Notes: generated by a model from the letters alone, not told the origin. Positions 28,138 to 39,803 are shown, counted from the first letter of the stretch. The stretch is 64,000 nt of DNA from an uncultured Planctomycetales bacterium (GCA_964542785.1 CAZIUK010000001.1:261115-325114); one strand, 5' to 3'. Numbers and translations are program-made.

Positions 28138-28896
28138 ATGATAGAAATATTAGGTTTAGAAAAAAGTCTTAACGGTAATAAGGTTTTAAGGGGAGTTAAT
28201 CTTAAAATAGATAAAGGTACTACTACTGTTATTATCGGTCGCTCCGGATGTGGTAAATCTGTATTACTTAAACATATTGTTGGATTGCTTAAACCGGACA
28301 AGGGGAGGATTCTAATTGAAGGTAAAGACATAACCAACCTTCAGGAAAAAGAGTTAAATGAACTGCGTCTTAAAATAGGTTTAGTCTTTCAAGGTGGGGC
28401 ATTGTTTGATTCTTTAACGGTTGGAGGGAATGTAGGTTTTGGACTTATAGAACATCGCCGCCTTTCGCAAGGCGATATAGCTAAAAAGATAGATAGGTCT
28501 TTAGGGCTTGTAGGTTTATCAGGCATAGATAACCTTATGCCTTCTGATTTAAGCGGTGGGATGAAAAAGCGCGTTGCCTTGGCCCGAGCATTATGCATAA
28601 GTCCTGAAATAATATTATATGACGAACCGACTACTGGGTTAGACCCTATCTCTGCCGATAGCATTAATGAGTTAATGAAAGAATTGCAGGCGCGCATTAA
28701 TATTACTTCTATAGTGGTTACTCATGATATGAAGAGCGCTTATAAGGTGGCTGATAAGATAGCGATGCTTTATCAAGGTAAGATTATAGCACAAGGGGCT
28801 CCTAAAGAGATTAAGGAGAGCAAAGACCCCGTGGTTAACCAGTTTATAAACGGATTAGCTGCAGGCCCGATAACCGAAAATATAAGGTTGCTTTAA
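28138..28896 (+). CDS. mlaF: MlaF-type ABC ATPase
   Basis: Walker A GRSGCGKS and signature LSGGMKKR. Confidence 0.85.
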   Translation: MIEILGLEKSLNGNKVLRGVNLKIDKGTTTVIIGRSGCGKSVLLKHIVGLLKPDKGRILIEGKDITNLQEKELNELRLKIGLVFQGGALFDSLTVGGNVGFGLIEHRRLSQGDIAKKIDRSLGLVGLSGIDNLMPSDLSGGMKKRVALARALCISPEIILYDEPTTGLDPISADSINELMKELQARINITSIVVTHDMKSAYKVADKIAMLYQGKIIAQGAPKEIKESKDPVVNQFINGLAAGPITENIRLL

Positions 28897-28912
28897 GTTA
28901 ACGGAGGTTGAT

Positions 28913-29527
28913 ATGATTTTTGGGAAGACAAAATTAGAGTTGAGGCTGGGGATATTTGTTTTTATAGGGTTGGTAATCTTTACGGTTTTTATCCTTACTG
29001 TCGGAGGCATCAGGACCTGGGCTTCAGGGTATCATGTGGATTTTGTCTTTAATTTTATAAATGGCGTAAGAAGGGGCGCTCCGGTTAGGTTCTGTGGAGT
29101 TGATGTCGGGGAGGTTACCGGGATAAAATACTATTACGACGAGAAAGAAGAAAAGACGAAGATACGGCTGACTTGCTGGGTTCCTAATGATATTAAGATT
29201 CCTATAGACTCAACTATTTGGGTAAATACCTTGGGGCTCTTTGGAGAGAAGTATATAGAGATTATGCCGGGGATAGATTATAAACACCCTCTTCATTCCA
29301 ATGAAGAATTAAACGGCGAGGACCCGGTAATGATGAACAACGTATTTAAAGCCGCAAAGAATCTTGCTAATAATCTGGATACTGGTATTAATCGGGTAAT
29401 GAATAAAGAGGGTTCCTTTGGTAAGATATTGTATGATGATGAGTTGTATAATCAGCTCAATGCCTTAGTGGCTGATTTAAGAAAAAATCCTTGGAAGTTA
29501 ATCTGGAAGACGAAGGAGAAAAAATAA
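28913..29527 (+). CDS. mlaD: MlaD / MCE-domain protein
   Basis: N-terminal TM plus an MCE domain; sits in an mlaEFD operon. Confidence 0.75.
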   Translation: MIFGKTKLELRLGIFVFIGLVIFTVFILTVGGIRTWASGYHVDFVFNFINGVRRGAPVRFCGVDVGEVTGIKYYYDEKEEKTKIRLTCWVPNDIKIPIDSTIWVNTLGLFGEKYIEIMPGIDYKHPLHSNEELNGEDPVMMNNVFKAAKNLANNLDTGINRVMNKEGSFGKILYDDELYNQLNALVADLRKNPWKLIWKTKEKK

Positions 29528-29564
29528 CCTTTTAATTTATAATTTTATTGAAAAGCTAAAAATT

Positions 29565-30941
29565 ATGAAAGTAAAGACTATCTTTAGTTGCCAAAAATGT
29601 GGGTATCAATCCCCTAAGTGGTTGGGTAAGTGCCCTGATTGTCAGGCATGGAATTCTTTTCTTGAAGAGGATTATTCCCCTCCTTCTTCTAAGGATTCCC
29701 GGCGCTTGACGTTTTATAAAGATGAACCGGTGTTATTAAAAGATGTAGAGACCAAAGATGAAGAGAGGGTAAAGTTAGGGATAGCTGAACTGGATAGGGT
29801 CTTAGGGGGGGGTGTTGTCAGGGGGTCAATTATCTTAATTGGCGGAGACCCTGGGGTAGGCAAATCTACGATATCCTTACAACTTTCTAATCAATTAACC
29901 CGTAAGGGTATCAAGGTGCTTTATGTAAGCGGGGAAGAGTCAGTCCATCAGACTAAGTTAAGGGCAAAGCGGCTTGGGGCGCATGATGCCGACGGGCTTT
30001 ATATAGTTAGCCAAACAGATGCTTCTATTATTTTAGGGTATATTAAAAACTTAAAGCCTGATGTAGTCGTTATTGATTCAATACAGGTTATCTTTGATCC
30101 GCAGGTTAGTTCTTCTGCTGGGAGTGTGAGTCAGGTTAGAGAGTGCGCAGGGACGCTTACACAATTAGCTAAGGCTACCCAGACTTCAATATTTATTATT
30201 GGGCATGTCACCAAGGAAGGGACGCTTGCCGGTCCGCGCCTCTTAGAGCATATAGTAGATACCGTGCTTTATTTTGAGGGGGATAGGTTTTCGATTTACA
30301 GAATTTTACGTGCGGTAAAGAATAGGTTTGGTTCTACTAACGAGATAGGTGTTTTTGAGATGAGTAACCAAGGTTTAATAGAGGTTAAAAATCCATCGGA
30401 GATATTTTTGTCTGAAAGACCTAAGGATGTATCTGGTTCAGTTGTTACATCGGTCTTAGAGGGTTCAAGGCCGCTTTTGGTTGAGATACAGTCTTTGGTC
30501 AGCAGGTCAAGTTTTGGCTATGCAAGGAGGCGTTCCCAGGGGTTTGATTTTAACCGGCTAAGCCTTTTGGTAGCGGTCCTTGAAAAACGTATAGGCTTAG
30601 CTCTTGAGGCAGAAGATATTTTTGTAAATGTGGCAGGGGGGATTAAGATAGAGGATCCTGCAGCTGACCTTGCTGTAGCGACAGCAGTAGCATCTGCGTT
30701 TAAAGCAGAGGAGGTTATCTCTGATACGGTTATTTTAGGGGAGGTTGGCTTGGCAGGAGAGATCCGCAGCATCTCCCAGCCGGGATTACGTATAAATGAA
30801 GCGGAGAAATTAGGCTTTAAGTATGTAATAATCCCTAAAAATAACTATAAGAGTTTTAAAGATTATAAAGGTGGCATAAAGTTAATACCGGTCTCTACCT
30901 TAAAAGAAGGGTTAGAGGCAGGGTTGGGAGGGAAGAAATGA
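29565..30941 (+). CDS. radA: DNA repair protein RadA (Sms)
   Basis: CxxC-x10-CxxC zinc finger, RecA-like GDPGVGKST, Lon-like C-terminal domain. Confidence 0.9.
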   Translation: MKVKTIFSCQKCGYQSPKWLGKCPDCQAWNSFLEEDYSPPSSKDSRRLTFYKDEPVLLKDVETKDEERVKLGIAELDRVLGGGVVRGSIILIGGDPGVGKSTISLQLSNQLTRKGIKVLYVSGEESVHQTKLRAKRLGAHDADGLYIVSQTDASIILGYIKNLKPDVVVIDSIQVIFDPQVSSSAGSVSQVRECAGTLTQLAKATQTSIFIIGHVTKEGTLAGPRLLEHIVDTVLYFEGDRFSIYRILRAVKNRFGSTNEIGVFEMSNQGLIEVKNPSEIFLSERPKDVSGSVVTSVLEGSRPLLVEIQSLVSRSSFGYARRRSQGFDFNRLSLLVAVLEKRIGLALEAEDIFVNVAGGIKIEDPAADLAVATAVASAFKAEEVISDTVILGEVGLAGEIRSISQPGLRINEAEKLGFKYVIIPKNNYKSFKDYKGGIKLIPVSTLKEGLEAGLGGKK

Positions 30942-31903
30942 ATTTATTATTAGCGCGTCTTCTTTTTTTAGTCGGTAGCATGATTATTGGTTATCAGACG
31001 GCAAACCTTTTAGGTGCTCTTGTTGGCGTATTAGCTGCTTTAGTGATGATTCTTTTAGAGATTGGTTTGCGCAAAGTATCTGTCAGGGGGCTTTCTAGCT
31101 CTGTCTTCGGGTTAATCTTAGGCCTGATTATGGCTAAGTTAGTCGGAGATGCTTTTAGTTTGACTGCTTTATCTTTAGAGACGCTTTCCTCTATTCGGGT
31201 TACCTTAACATTAGTCTTTTGTTATCTAGGGATGGTTATGGCCTTACGCGGCAAGGATGAGTTTAATATTATTATACCTTATGTCCGTTTAAGGGGGCAA
31301 GGTCAATCAGAAGAGTTGACCATAGTAGATACCAGTGCAATTATTGACGGGAGGATTGTGGATATATTTAAAACTAGGTTTTTAAGCGGAAAGATAGTTG
31401 TCCCAAAGTTTGTTTTGTTGGAACTTCAACAGATAGCAGATTCAACAGATCCGCTTAAAAGACAGAGGGGTAGAAGGGGTTTAGAGATATTAAATACTGT
31501 CCAAAAAGAGTCCGGATTGGATATAAGTGTAAATGACGATGATTTTCCTGAAATTACAGAGGTGGATAGCAAGCTTGTAAGATTGGCTAAACTTTTAGAG
31601 GCAAAGATACTTACTGTTGATTTTAACTTAAATCGCGTTGCTACTATTCAGGGGATTAAGGTCTTAAATATTAATGAACTTGCCAATGCCTTAAAATCTC
31701 TTGTATTTCCCGGGGAAGTTATGTCGGTTAAGCTTATTAAGGAAGGCAAGGAGCATAATCAGGCAGTAGGGTATCTTGACGATGGGACTATGGTGGTGGT
31801 AGAGGATGCCAGAAGGTTAATTGGGCAAGAGGTTAAGGTTTCGGTTACCTCGGTTCTGCAGACTCAGGCAGGCAGGATGATATTTACCAAGTTAAACCGT
31901 TAA
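30938..31903 (+). CDS. YacL-like PIN/TRAM-domain membrane protein
   Basis: N-terminal TM helices, PIN core [14 protein letters not shown]-terminal TRAM-like beta domain. Conserved position after radA. Confidence 0.7.
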   Translation: MNLLLARLLFLVGSMIIGYQTANLLGALVGVLAALVMILLEIGLRKVSVRGLSSSVFGLILGLIMAKLVGDAFSLTALSLETLSSIRVTLTLVFCYLGMVMALRGKDEFNIIIPYVRLRGQGQSEELTIVDTSAIIDGRIVDIFKTRFLSGKIVVPKFVLLELQQIADSTDPLKRQRGRRGLEILNTVQKESGLDISVNDDDFPEITEVDSKLVRLAKLLEAKILTVDFNLNRVATIQGIKVLNINELANALKSLVFPGEVMSVKLIKEGKEHNQAVGYLDDGTMVVVEDARRLIGQEVKVSVTSVLQTQAGRMIFTKLNR

Positions 31904-31909
31904 GTACCT

Positions 31910-32584
31910 ATGGTAACTGCTATTCTTTTAGCTGCCGGTAAGAGTTTAAGGTTTATTAAGGGGAGGAATAAGGTACTTTTTAAGATATGCGGTAAGCCGG
32001 TTATTTATTATTCTTTATTAGTTTTAAGCAGGCATCCTAAAATTGATGAGATTGTAGTAGTTTCTTCCTCTGGAATCTTAAGTAAGATAAAGCGCCTTAT
32101 CAAGAGGCATAGAATTAATAAGGTTTCAAAGATTATCTTAGGCGGTAAGGAGCGTAAGGATTCTGTATCTAATGGATTAAAGGAGCTATCCTTAAAAACA
32201 AGCTTGGTTGTAATTCATGATGCTGCTCGTCCGTTTATCAATAATAAGATTATAACGGATTCAATACTTGCCGCAAAGAAAAGAGGAGCGGCAGTTGTAG
32301 GTATGCCTTTAAAATATACGGTAAAAGAGATCTCTAAGGGGTTTGTGGTTAAAACATTGAAAAGGGAAGATATATGGGAGATTCAGACCCCGCAGGTATT
32401 TAAAAAAGAAATTATCCTAAAGGCTTATAAGAATAAATTAGGTTATGCTACGGATGACGCAGTCTTAGTAGAAAAGATGGGGATAAGGCCCGTAGCGGTT
32501 TTAGGCTCTTATCTTAACTTGAAGATAACTACATTTGAAGATATTTTTTTCGCCGAAGCTATTTTAAAGGGTAATTTATTATGA
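31910..32584 (+). CDS. ispD: 2-C-methyl-D-erythritol 4-phosphate cytidylyltransferase
   Basis: ILLAAGKSLRF N-terminus. Confidence 0.85.
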   Translation: MVTAILLAAGKSLRFIKGRNKVLFKICGKPVIYYSLLVLSRHPKIDEIVVVSSSGILSKIKRLIKRHRINKVSKIILGGKERKDSVSNGLKELSLKTSLVVIHDAARPFINNKIITDSILAAKKRGAAVVGMPLKYTVKEISKGFVVKTLKREDIWEIQTPQVFKKEIILKAYKNKLGYATDDAVLVEKMGIRPVAVLGSYLNLKITTFEDIFFAEAILKGNLL

Positions 32585-33063
32585 AGATTGGTATAGGGTA
32601 TGATCTGCATCGCTTAGTTGAAGGCCGCAGGCTTTTTATAGGTGGGGTAGAGATACCTTATCTAAAAGGGTTAGACGGGCATTCTGATGCAGATGTCCTT
32701 CTTCATGCTATTTGCGATAGCCTTTTAGGCGCAATAGGAGAAGCAGATATAGGGGAGCATTTCCCTGATACTGACCCTAAATATTTTGGCATATCCAGCG
32801 TAGAGTTACTTAAAATTGTTTTAGGCCTTGTTGAAAAAAAAGGGTATAGTATATCTAACATTGATACGGTTTTAGTAGCACAAGAACCAAACCTTTCTCA
32901 TTTTAAAAAAAAGATTCAGGAGAATATCGCTAAGATACTTAAAATTGACAAAGATTGCGTAAGCATTAAAGCAAAGACTAATGAGGGTTTAGGGGAGGTT
33001 GGAAAGAGAGAGGCGATAGCCTGTTATGCAGTAGCTTTGCTTAAAAAGGTTTGTTCTTCTTAA
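32581..33063 (+). CDS. ispF: 2-C-methyl-D-erythritol 2,4-cyclodiphosphate synthase
   Basis: IGIGYDLHRL...GHSDADV motifs. Confidence 0.9.
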   Translation: MKIGIGYDLHRLVEGRRLFIGGVEIPYLKGLDGHSDADVLLHAICDSLLGAIGEADIGEHFPDTDPKYFGISSVELLKIVLGLVEKKGYSISNIDTVLVAQEPNLSHFKKKIQENIAKILKIDKDCVSIKAKTNEGLGEVGKREAIACYAVALLKKVCSS

Positions 33064-33081
33064 AATGCGGAGGCTGATTTT

Positions 33082-33762
33082 ATGACGAATCTTATTTTTA
33101 TTTTTTTAGTAATTTTGTTTTTTATTCTTCTTAAGGCATTGGTTATCGGAGCATTCTTTTATCAGGATATACGTAGCGCTCAGAAGAAAGATCCTGCGGC
33201 AAAGAGTTTTTTTGAGGTACTCTTTTTGTACCAAGGTTTACACGCCATAGTTGCTTATCGCCTTGCCCACTTTTTTTTTAAGATGCACCTCTTTTTCTTT
33301 GCCCGCCTTATATCTCAGATTAGCCGTTGGGTTACGGGGATAGAGATACACCCCGGCGCTAAAATAGGCAGGCGCTTCTTTATAGACCATGGGATGGGGG
33401 TTGTTATAGGTGAGACAACGGTAATTGGGGATGATGTTTTGGTATATCAGGGCGTAACCTTAGGTGGCACGGGCCTCTTTAAGGGAAAGCGCCATCCGAA
33501 TATAGGCAATAACGTTGTTATTGGCGCAGGGGCCAAGGTCTTAGGTGATATTGTAGTAGGAGATAATTCTTATATCGGGTCAAATGCGGTAGTGATTGAT
33601 AATGTCTCTGCTAACTCTACGGTAGTAGGTGTTCCGGGAAGGGTTACCAAGCAAGGCGGAAAGAGGATAGATATAAGCCTTGATCATAAGCAGGCTTTAG
33701 ATCCTATAATGCAGGTGATAGAAGAGTTGCAGAAGAGAATAGATAATTTAGAAAAGAAATAG
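33082..33762 (+). CDS. cysE: serine O-acetyltransferase
   Basis: Hexapeptide-repeat core [28 protein letters not shown]. Conserved cysE-cysS order. Confidence 0.8.
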   Translation: MTNLIFIFLVILFFILLKALVIGAFFYQDIRSAQKKDPAAKSFFEVLFLYQGLHAIVAYRLAHFFFKMHLFFFARLISQISRWVTGIEIHPGAKIGRRFFIDHGMGVVIGETTVIGDDVLVYQGVTLGGTGLFKGKRHPNIGNNVVIGAGAKVLGDIVVGDNSYIGSNAVVIDNVSANSTVVGVPGRVTKQGGKRIDISLDHKQALDPIMQVIEELQKRIDNLEKK

Positions 33763-33782
33763 ATTTAACCCGGTAGATTAAG

Positions 33783-35180
33783 ATGCCTATTTTTATTTAT
33801 AATTCCCTTACTAGAAAAAAAGAAGAGTTCATTCCTCTTAATCCTCCAAGGGTAAATATCTATACCTGTGGGGTTACGGTTTATGATGAGAGCCATATAG
33901 GGCATGCTCGTTCACTTTATATTTTTGATTTAGTTAGAAGATACTTAGAGTTTTGTAAATTTAAAGTAAGGTTTGTGCGTAATATTACTGATATTGACGA
34001 TAAGATTATCAATCGCGCTAATGAATTAAAGATAAGCTGGAAGGAGTTAGCAGGTAAATATATAAAAAGATACTATGAGGACATTAAATCTTTAAAGATA
34101 AGAAAGGGGGATTATGAGCCGCGCGCAACAGCCAGTATCCCTAAGATGATTAAGTATATCCTTAAGTTGATTGAAAAAGGATATGCTTATCAGGCAGGCA
34201 ATGATGTTTATTTTAATGTGAGAAAATTTAACGACTACGGGAAACTCTCTGGCCAAGCTATAGAAGAGATGCGTAGCGCAAAGCGTATAGGGCCTAATGA
34301 GTTAAAGAGGGATTCTTTAGATTTTGTTCTATGGAAGGGGTCAAAAGACAACGAACCGTATTGGCATAGCCCCTTTGGGCCGGGTAGGCCTGGTTGGCAT
34401 ATAGAGTGTTCGGTGATGAGTCAAGCGTTTTTAAAGAGTGAAACTTTAGATATTCACGCCGGAGGCAGGGATTTAATCTTCCCTCACCATGAAAATGAGA
34501 TTGCCCAGTCAGAGTCTTTTACTGGGAAGCCCTTTGCAAAATATTGGATTCACCACGGCTTATTAACGATGAACGGGCAAAAGATGTCTAAGTCATCCGG
34601 GAACTTTATCACTATAAAGGATTTTATTCTTAAATACAGCGATTCTGATTTACTTAAGATCTTTTTTCTTTTTACCCACTATTCGCATCCGGTAGATTAT
34701 ACCGAAGAGAAGATTTTAGAGGCAAGGTCGGCTAAGGAGAGGATATTGACCTTTCTAAATAAGACCAAACCCAGCTTCAGGCAGAAGTATTTATCTTTTC
34801 GTAAAGAGCATAACAAGTTAAATAAGATAAGAGATAAATTTATTGAGAAGTTAAACGATGATTTTAACACCCCTGAAGCCTTTTCTTGTCTTTTTGAGGC
34901 AGTAAATATAGGCAATAAGAATATTGAGGATAGGGGTTTTGCCGTAGAAGCGTATTTTTTAGTATTAGAGATGGCTAAGATATTAGGATTGAGTTTAAGA
35001 CCTTTAAGAAAAGAGATTAAGGTTTCTGATAGAGAGGTAATGGTAAAAATCAGGTTAAGAGATGTAGCTAGGAAAGATAAAGATTATGTTTTAGCGGATA
35101 AAATAAGAAAAGAGCTGGAGGGGGAAGGGGTAATCCTTGAAGATTTAAAAAATGGCTCTACTATCTGGCGTAGAGTTTAA
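33783..35180 (+). CDS. cysS: cysteine--tRNA ligase
   Basis: HIGHARS and KMSKS motifs; Zn-binding Cys residues. Confidence 0.92.
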   Translation: MPIFIYNSLTRKKEEFIPLNPPRVNIYTCGVTVYDESHIGHARSLYIFDLVRRYLEFCKFKVRFVRNITDIDDKIINRANELKISWKELAGKYIKRYYEDIKSLKIRKGDYEPRATASIPKMIKYILKLIEKGYAYQAGNDVYFNVRKFNDYGKLSGQAIEEMRSAKRIGPNELKRDSLDFVLWKGSKDNEPYWHSPFGPGRPGWHIECSVMSQAFLKSETLDIHAGGRDLIFPHHENEIAQSESFTGKPFAKYWIHHGLLTMNGQKMSKSSGNFITIKDFILKYSDSDLLKIFFLFTHYSHPVDYTEEKILEARSAKERILTFLNKTKPSFRQKYLSFRKEHNKLNKIRDKFIEKLNDDFNTPEAFSCLFEAVNIGNKNIEDRGFAVEAYFLVLEMAKILGLSLRPLRKEIKVSDREVMVKIRLRDVARKDKDYVLADKIRKELEGEGVILEDLKNGSTIWRRV

Positions 35181-35182
35181 TT

Positions 35183-35800
35183 ATGATGAGGGGTAAATTT
35201 ATTACATTTGAGGGGTCTGAGGGATGCGGGAAGAGTACGCAGTCGCGCATGCTTTATGATTATTTAAAAAAGAAGAGAAGAGATATTGTTTATCTTAGGG
35301 AGCCGGGAGGGACGAATATTAGCGAAAAGATACGCGATATCTTGCTTGATAACAAGAATAACTCTATCCTTCCTGAGTGCGAAGTGCTTTTATATATGGC
35401 TGCACGCTCCCAGATAATAGGGGAGATAATCAAGCCGAGTCTTAAAAGGGGGGCTATTGTTATATGTGATAGATTTTTAGATTCTACCATAGCCTATCAA
35501 GGTTATGGGTTAGGTATAGATAGAAAAATTATCAAGCAGATTGGGAGATTTGCTACCTTTGGCCTTATGCCTGATTTAACAATTTTTTTAGACTTGCCGG
35601 TTAACAAGGGCCTTCTTTACCGCAGTAGTTCTTCTGACCGAATTGAGAAGAGGCCCTTAGCTTATCATCTACGCGTAAGGAGAGGTTATCTTAGATTAGC
35701 TAAAGAAGAGCCTGGGCGGATAAAGGTTATTAAGGTAGAGCTTGACAAAAATCATACACAGGAAAGAATCAGGGAGATTGTGGATAGGTATGCCATTTAG
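35183..35800 (+). CDS. tmk: thymidylate kinase
   Basis: FITFEGSEGCGKST P-loop. Confidence 0.9.
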   Translation: MMRGKFITFEGSEGCGKSTQSRMLYDYLKKKRRDIVYLREPGGTNISEKIRDILLDNKNNSILPECEVLLYMAARSQIIGEIIKPSLKRGAIVICDRFLDSTIAYQGYGLGIDRKIIKQIGRFATFGLMPDLTIFLDLPVNKGLLYRSSSSDRIEKRPLAYHLRVRRGYLRLAKEEPGRIKVIKVELDKNHTQERIREIVDRYAI

Positions 35801-36752
35801 AGATATAAAGGGGCAATGTCAGGCCTTAAATATAATTAAAGCAGGGATAGAATCTCAAAGGTTAGAAGGAGGGTATCTGTTCACCGGGCCTGATTCTATT
35901 GGTAAGAAAATGGCTGCGGTTGCATTTTCTCAGGCGGTTAATTGCCTTTTTTTATCTAAATTAGATGCTTGCGCAGAGTGTCCTTCTTGTAAAAAAATAG
36001 CTAAGAACCAACACCCGGATGTGCGCCTTTTTTCTGAAGAAACAGGATCGATTAAGATAGAGATTATCCGCGATATGCAAAAGTGGATATCCTTGAAGCC
36101 ATATGAAGGTAAATTCAAAGTTTTTATTATTGATAATGCCCATATGCTTACACCTGAAGCATCTAATTGCCTTTTAAAGGTTTTGGAAGAACCTCCCAAA
36201 TCAAGCTTGGTCATGCTTATTACGGATAGGCCTAATATGTTACTTAAGACTATTATTTCAAGGTGTAGGGTTGTTAAATTTAAGCCCTATAATAGGGAGG
36301 ATTTAACAAGAGAGCTTGAAGGTTCTTATAGTATGGATCATTCTATTGCACATTTTTTAGCATATTTCTCCGAAGGAAGATTGGGGGAAGCGTTAAGGTT
36401 AAAAAAGGATAAAATTATGGAAGAGAGAAGAGCCGTCATAGATAAATTAAAAACCCCAAATTCATTTAATGGCATTACCGCCATGATAGATAGCAAAGAG
36501 GCGTTTCTTTTTATTCTTAAGGTATTCTCCTCTTGGTTTCGCGATCTGTATTTTTTAAAGCACGGATTGCCGACTAATAAGGTGATTAATTATGATTATA
36601 CAGAAGAATTATTGAATTCTTCAAGAGAGCTGTCTATTTTAAATATAGATAAGGTCTTAACAACTATCTATGATGCTGCATTCTATTCGCAATATAGTAT
36701 AAACCCACGTTTATTAATCTTAAACTTAAAAGCACAGATATGGGAGAGATAG
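35790..36752 (+). CDS. holB: DNA polymerase III delta' subunit
   Basis: GYLFTGPDSIGKKMAA AAA+ motif and a Zn-ribbon CAECPSC. Start at the internal Met. Confidence 0.8.
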   Translation: MPFRDIKGQCQALNIIKAGIESQRLEGGYLFTGPDSIGKKMAAVAFSQAVNCLFLSKLDACAECPSCKKIAKNQHPDVRLFSEETGSIKIEIIRDMQKWISLKPYEGKFKVFIIDNAHMLTPEASNCLLKVLEEPPKSSLVMLITDRPNMLLKTIISRCRVVKFKPYNREDLTRELEGSYSMDHSIAHFLAYFSEGRLGEALRLKKDKIMEERRAVIDKLKTPNSFNGITAMIDSKEAFLFILKVFSSWFRDLYFLKHGLPTNKVINYDYTEELLNSSRELSILNIDKVLTTIYDAAFYSQYSINPRLLILNLKAQIWER

Positions 36753-37537
36753 TATTTGTACGGTTAAGGGACTTAGGGCAAATCTACCCTTATCATAGGG
36801 GTGAACTTTTAGTCTATCCGGGTGATTGTGTAATTATTGAGCATGACCGGGGACAAGACTTTGGATTAGTGTTGTCATCCTTGCCTACTTCTCTTGATAG
36901 GAAGGGTAAGGAACCTTTGAAGAGAATATTGCGGATAGCCAAGGCTGAGGATATTAAGCAGATAGAGGGCAATAGGGTAAAGGTAAAGGAGGCATTTAAT
37001 TTATGTGATAAGAAGATCAAAGAGCACAAATTAGATATGAAACTGGTAAAGGCAGAGTATTCTTTTGACCGTTCAAAGATAGTATTTTATTTTACTTCTG
37101 CTGGTAGGGTAGATTTCAGGAACTTAGTTAAGGATTTAGCGAAGATATTCAAGGCAAGAATAGAGTTTAAGCAGATAGGCGTTCGTGATGAAGCAAGGTT
37201 CTTTGGCGGTTTTGGTACTTGTGGGAGAGAGTTGTGTTGTGCTAAGTTTTTAAAGGATTTTGAGCCGGTGACTATTAAAATGGCTAAGGAAGAAGGGTTG
37301 CCTTTAAATCCTCCTAAGATATCTGGGATATGCGGGAGGCTTATGTGTTGTCTTTCTTTTGAATACGAGAGTTATAAGTTTTTATCCAAGGGGCTGCCTC
37401 GGGAGGGGGAGATCGTTCACACTTTAAAGGGTAAAGGGAAGGTTATTAGTGTTAATATTTTTAAACGTAAGGCTTCGGTCCAACTTGACGATGGGGGGAC
37501 TGTAGAGTTAAATTATAAGTCGGATCATGAAAAATAA
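36740..37537 (+). CDS. PSP1-domain protein (RicT/YaaT-like)
   Basis: PSP1 C-terminal region with conserved Cys cluster GTCGRELCCAKF...CGRLMCC. Confidence 0.8.
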   Translation: MGEIVFVRLRDLGQIYPYHRGELLVYPGDCVIIEHDRGQDFGLVLSSLPTSLDRKGKEPLKRILRIAKAEDIKQIEGNRVKVKEAFNLCDKKIKEHKLDMKLVKAEYSFDRSKIVFYFTSAGRVDFRNLVKDLAKIFKARIEFKQIGVRDEARFFGGFGTCGRELCCAKFLKDFEPVTIKMAKEEGLPLNPPKISGICGRLMCCLSFEYESYKFLSKGLPREGEIVHTLKGKGKVISVNIFKRKASVQLDDGGTVELNYKSDHEK

Positions 37538-39026
37538 ATTTTATATTACTACTCCTTTATATTACGTTAATGCTTCTCCTCATATAGGCCATTCTTATAC
37601 TACGATTGCCGCCGATACCTTAGCCCGCTATATGCGAAAATTATTAGGAGAGAATAATGTCTTTTTTCTAACTGGGACCGATGAGCATGGAGAGAAGATT
37701 CAAAGGGCGGCAGATGCGGCAGGATTAAGCCCTCGGGATTTTGCTGATCAGACGGTAAATAGTTTTGTGGCTCTTTGGAAGGCTTTGGGTATTTCTTATG
37801 ATGATTTTATTCGCACTACAGAAGCCCGTCACATTAGCCTTGTTAGAAGAGTTTTAACTATTTTGAATAAAAAAGGAGATATTTACGAGGGTAAATATGA
37901 AGGGTTATATTGTACGCCTTGTGAGACTTTTTGGCTTAAGAGCCAAGTGATTGATGGTTTATGCCCTGATTGCAGGCGTTCCGTAGAAAATATCGTAGAA
38001 ACAAATTATTTTTTTAGGTTATCTAAATATCAGGATTGGCTCTTAGAGTTTTTTAACAAGAATCCCGAATTTATCAGGCCTGCCAGCCGGTATGAGGAGT
38101 CTTTAAGTTTTTTAAAAAATAATCGGCTTAACGATTTATGTATTTCCCGTCCGAAAGAGCGGCTTAGTTGGGGTATTCCTCTTCCATTTTCCTCGGAGCA
38201 TGTAACTTATGTCTGGTTTGATGCGCTTATTAATTATATAAGCGCTGTCGGTGAGTTTGATTCAGAGGATAGGTATATCTCGAAGTGGTGGCCGGCAGAT
38301 CTGCATTTAATGGCAAAGGACATATTAAGGCAACATACTATTTATTGGCCTATAATTTTGCACGCCTTGGGGATTGAGCTGCCTAAGAAGGTATTTGCAC
38401 ATGGGTGGTGGTTGATAGGCACAGATAAGATGTCTAAATCTCGTGGGAATGTAGTTAACCCTTTAGAAGTAATTGAAAGATACGGCATAGATGCTTATAG
38501 ATATTTCCTCTTGCGTGATGTTCCTTTTGGTTTAGATGGGAATTTTTCCGAAGATTCTATCATTAAGCGTTATAATAGCGATTTAGCTAATGATTTAGGC
38601 AACTTAGTATATAGGACGCTTACAATGATAGAGAAATACTTTGAGGGGAATATCCCGGAGGCTGATTTTAGCGGTTTAGATAGCCAAAAAGATAAAGGAT
38701 TATTAGATAAGAAAAATTCACTTAAAAGCGTAGTAGATTCTGCGTTAAGAAATCAGGATTTTGTTTTAGCCTTAGAGGCTATCTGGAGTTTAATAGGCAT
38801 GGCTAATAAGTATATTGAAGATACTAAGCCTTGGAATTTAGCAAAGGAAGATAAAAAAGATGCTTTAAGTGCCTTTATTTGTATCTTAGTTGGGGTGATC
38901 AGGTCAGTAGCACAAGAATTAGAAGTATTTATGCCTCAAACAGCCAGCCTTATTCAGGCACAGTTTGAAGGGCAGGCCATAAAAAAGGGGGAGCCGTTAT
39001 TCCCTCGTATTGAAGCAAAAGAGTAG
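37527..39026 (+). CDS. metG: methionine--tRNA ligase
   Basis: HIGHSYT and KMSKS motifs; Zn knuckle CPDC. Confidence 0.92.
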   Translation: MKNKFYITTPLYYVNASPHIGHSYTTIAADTLARYMRKLLGENNVFFLTGTDEHGEKIQRAADAAGLSPRDFADQTVNSFVALWKALGISYDDFIRTTEARHISLVRRVLTILNKKGDIYEGKYEGLYCTPCETFWLKSQVIDGLCPDCRRSVENIVETNYFFRLSKYQDWLLEFFNKNPEFIRPASRYEESLSFLKNNRLNDLCISRPKERLSWGIPLPFSSEHVTYVWFDALINYISAVGEFDSEDRYISKWWPADLHLMAKDILRQHTIYWPIILHALGIELPKKVFAHGWWLIGTDKMSKSRGNVVNPLEVIERYGIDAYRYFLLRDVPFGLDGNFSEDSIIKRYNSDLANDLGNLVYRTLTMIEKYFEGNIPEADFSGLDSQKDKGLLDKKNSLKSVVDSALRNQDFVLALEAIWSLIGMANKYIEDTKPWNLAKEDKKDALSAFICILVGVIRSVAQELEVFMPQTASLIQAQFEGQAIKKGEPLFPRIEAKE

Positions 39027-39033
39027 TGAGTTT

Positions 39034-39792
39034 ATGTTGATTGATACCCATTGCCATCTAGATTTTCTTGATTTTGATTTTGATCGGGATGAAGTCGTAA
39101 GAAGGGCTAAGGAAAATAACGTAGATTTTATCATTAATATCGGTTCAAGTATAGAAGGCTCGAGAAAGTCAATAGAGCTTACCCAAAAATACCCTAATCT
39201 TTATTCTACCGTAGGCATACATCCTCATGAAGCAGATAATTTTACCTTAAAAGAAAAGGAATTGATAAGAGGGATGGTTAAGGAGGATAAGGTTGTTGCT
39301 ATCGGAGAGATTGGTTTGGACTATTTTAAAAGTTTCTCTAAGCCTTCCAACCAAAGGAGGCTTTTTTTATCCCTTTTGGAATTAGCCTTAGAGTCTAACA
39401 AACCATTGGTTATACATACTCGGCAAGCAGAGCCGGATACTCTTAGAATACTTAAAGGCTTAAAGCCTTTGCGCGCGGTCGTCCATTGTTTTTCAGGGAA
39501 TAGGAGCTTTCTTGATGAATGCCTGAATATGGGATTTTTTGTATCCTTTACTTGCAATATAACTTATAAAAAGGCAAGCGATTTAAGGGAATTGGTTAAA
39601 GTTACTCCCTTAGATAGGTTAATGTTAGAGACGGACGCGCCATTTTTACCCCCTGAGGGGTTTAGGGGCAGAAGAAACGAGCCCATGCAGGTAAGGTTGC
39701 TGGCAGAGTTTATCGGACAGATTAAAGGAGTAAGCTTAGAAGAGATCTCTTTTAAGACTACTCAGAACGCAAAAAACTTTTTTGGGTTTTAA
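39034..39792 (+). CDS. tatD: TatD-family metal-dependent hydrolase
   Basis: MLIDTHCHLDF N-terminus. Start set at the internal Met. Confidence 0.85.
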   Translation: MLIDTHCHLDFLDFDFDRDEVVRRAKENNVDFIINIGSSIEGSRKSIELTQKYPNLYSTVGIHPHEADNFTLKEKELIRGMVKEDKVVAIGEIGLDYFKSFSKPSNQRRLFLSLLELALESNKPLVIHTRQAEPDTLRILKGLKPLRAVVHCFSGNRSFLDECLNMGFFVSFTCNITYKKASDLRELVKVTPLDRLMLETDAPFLPPEGFRGRRNEPMQVRLLAEFIGQIKGVSLEEISFKTTQNAKNFFGF

Positions 39793-39803
39793 AGATAAAA
39801 CCG

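Noticed and set aside
35930-36214. Two - strand ORFs (94 and 60 aa) inside holB
   Set aside because: Antisense shadow ORFs within a recognisable DNA polymerase III delta' gene.
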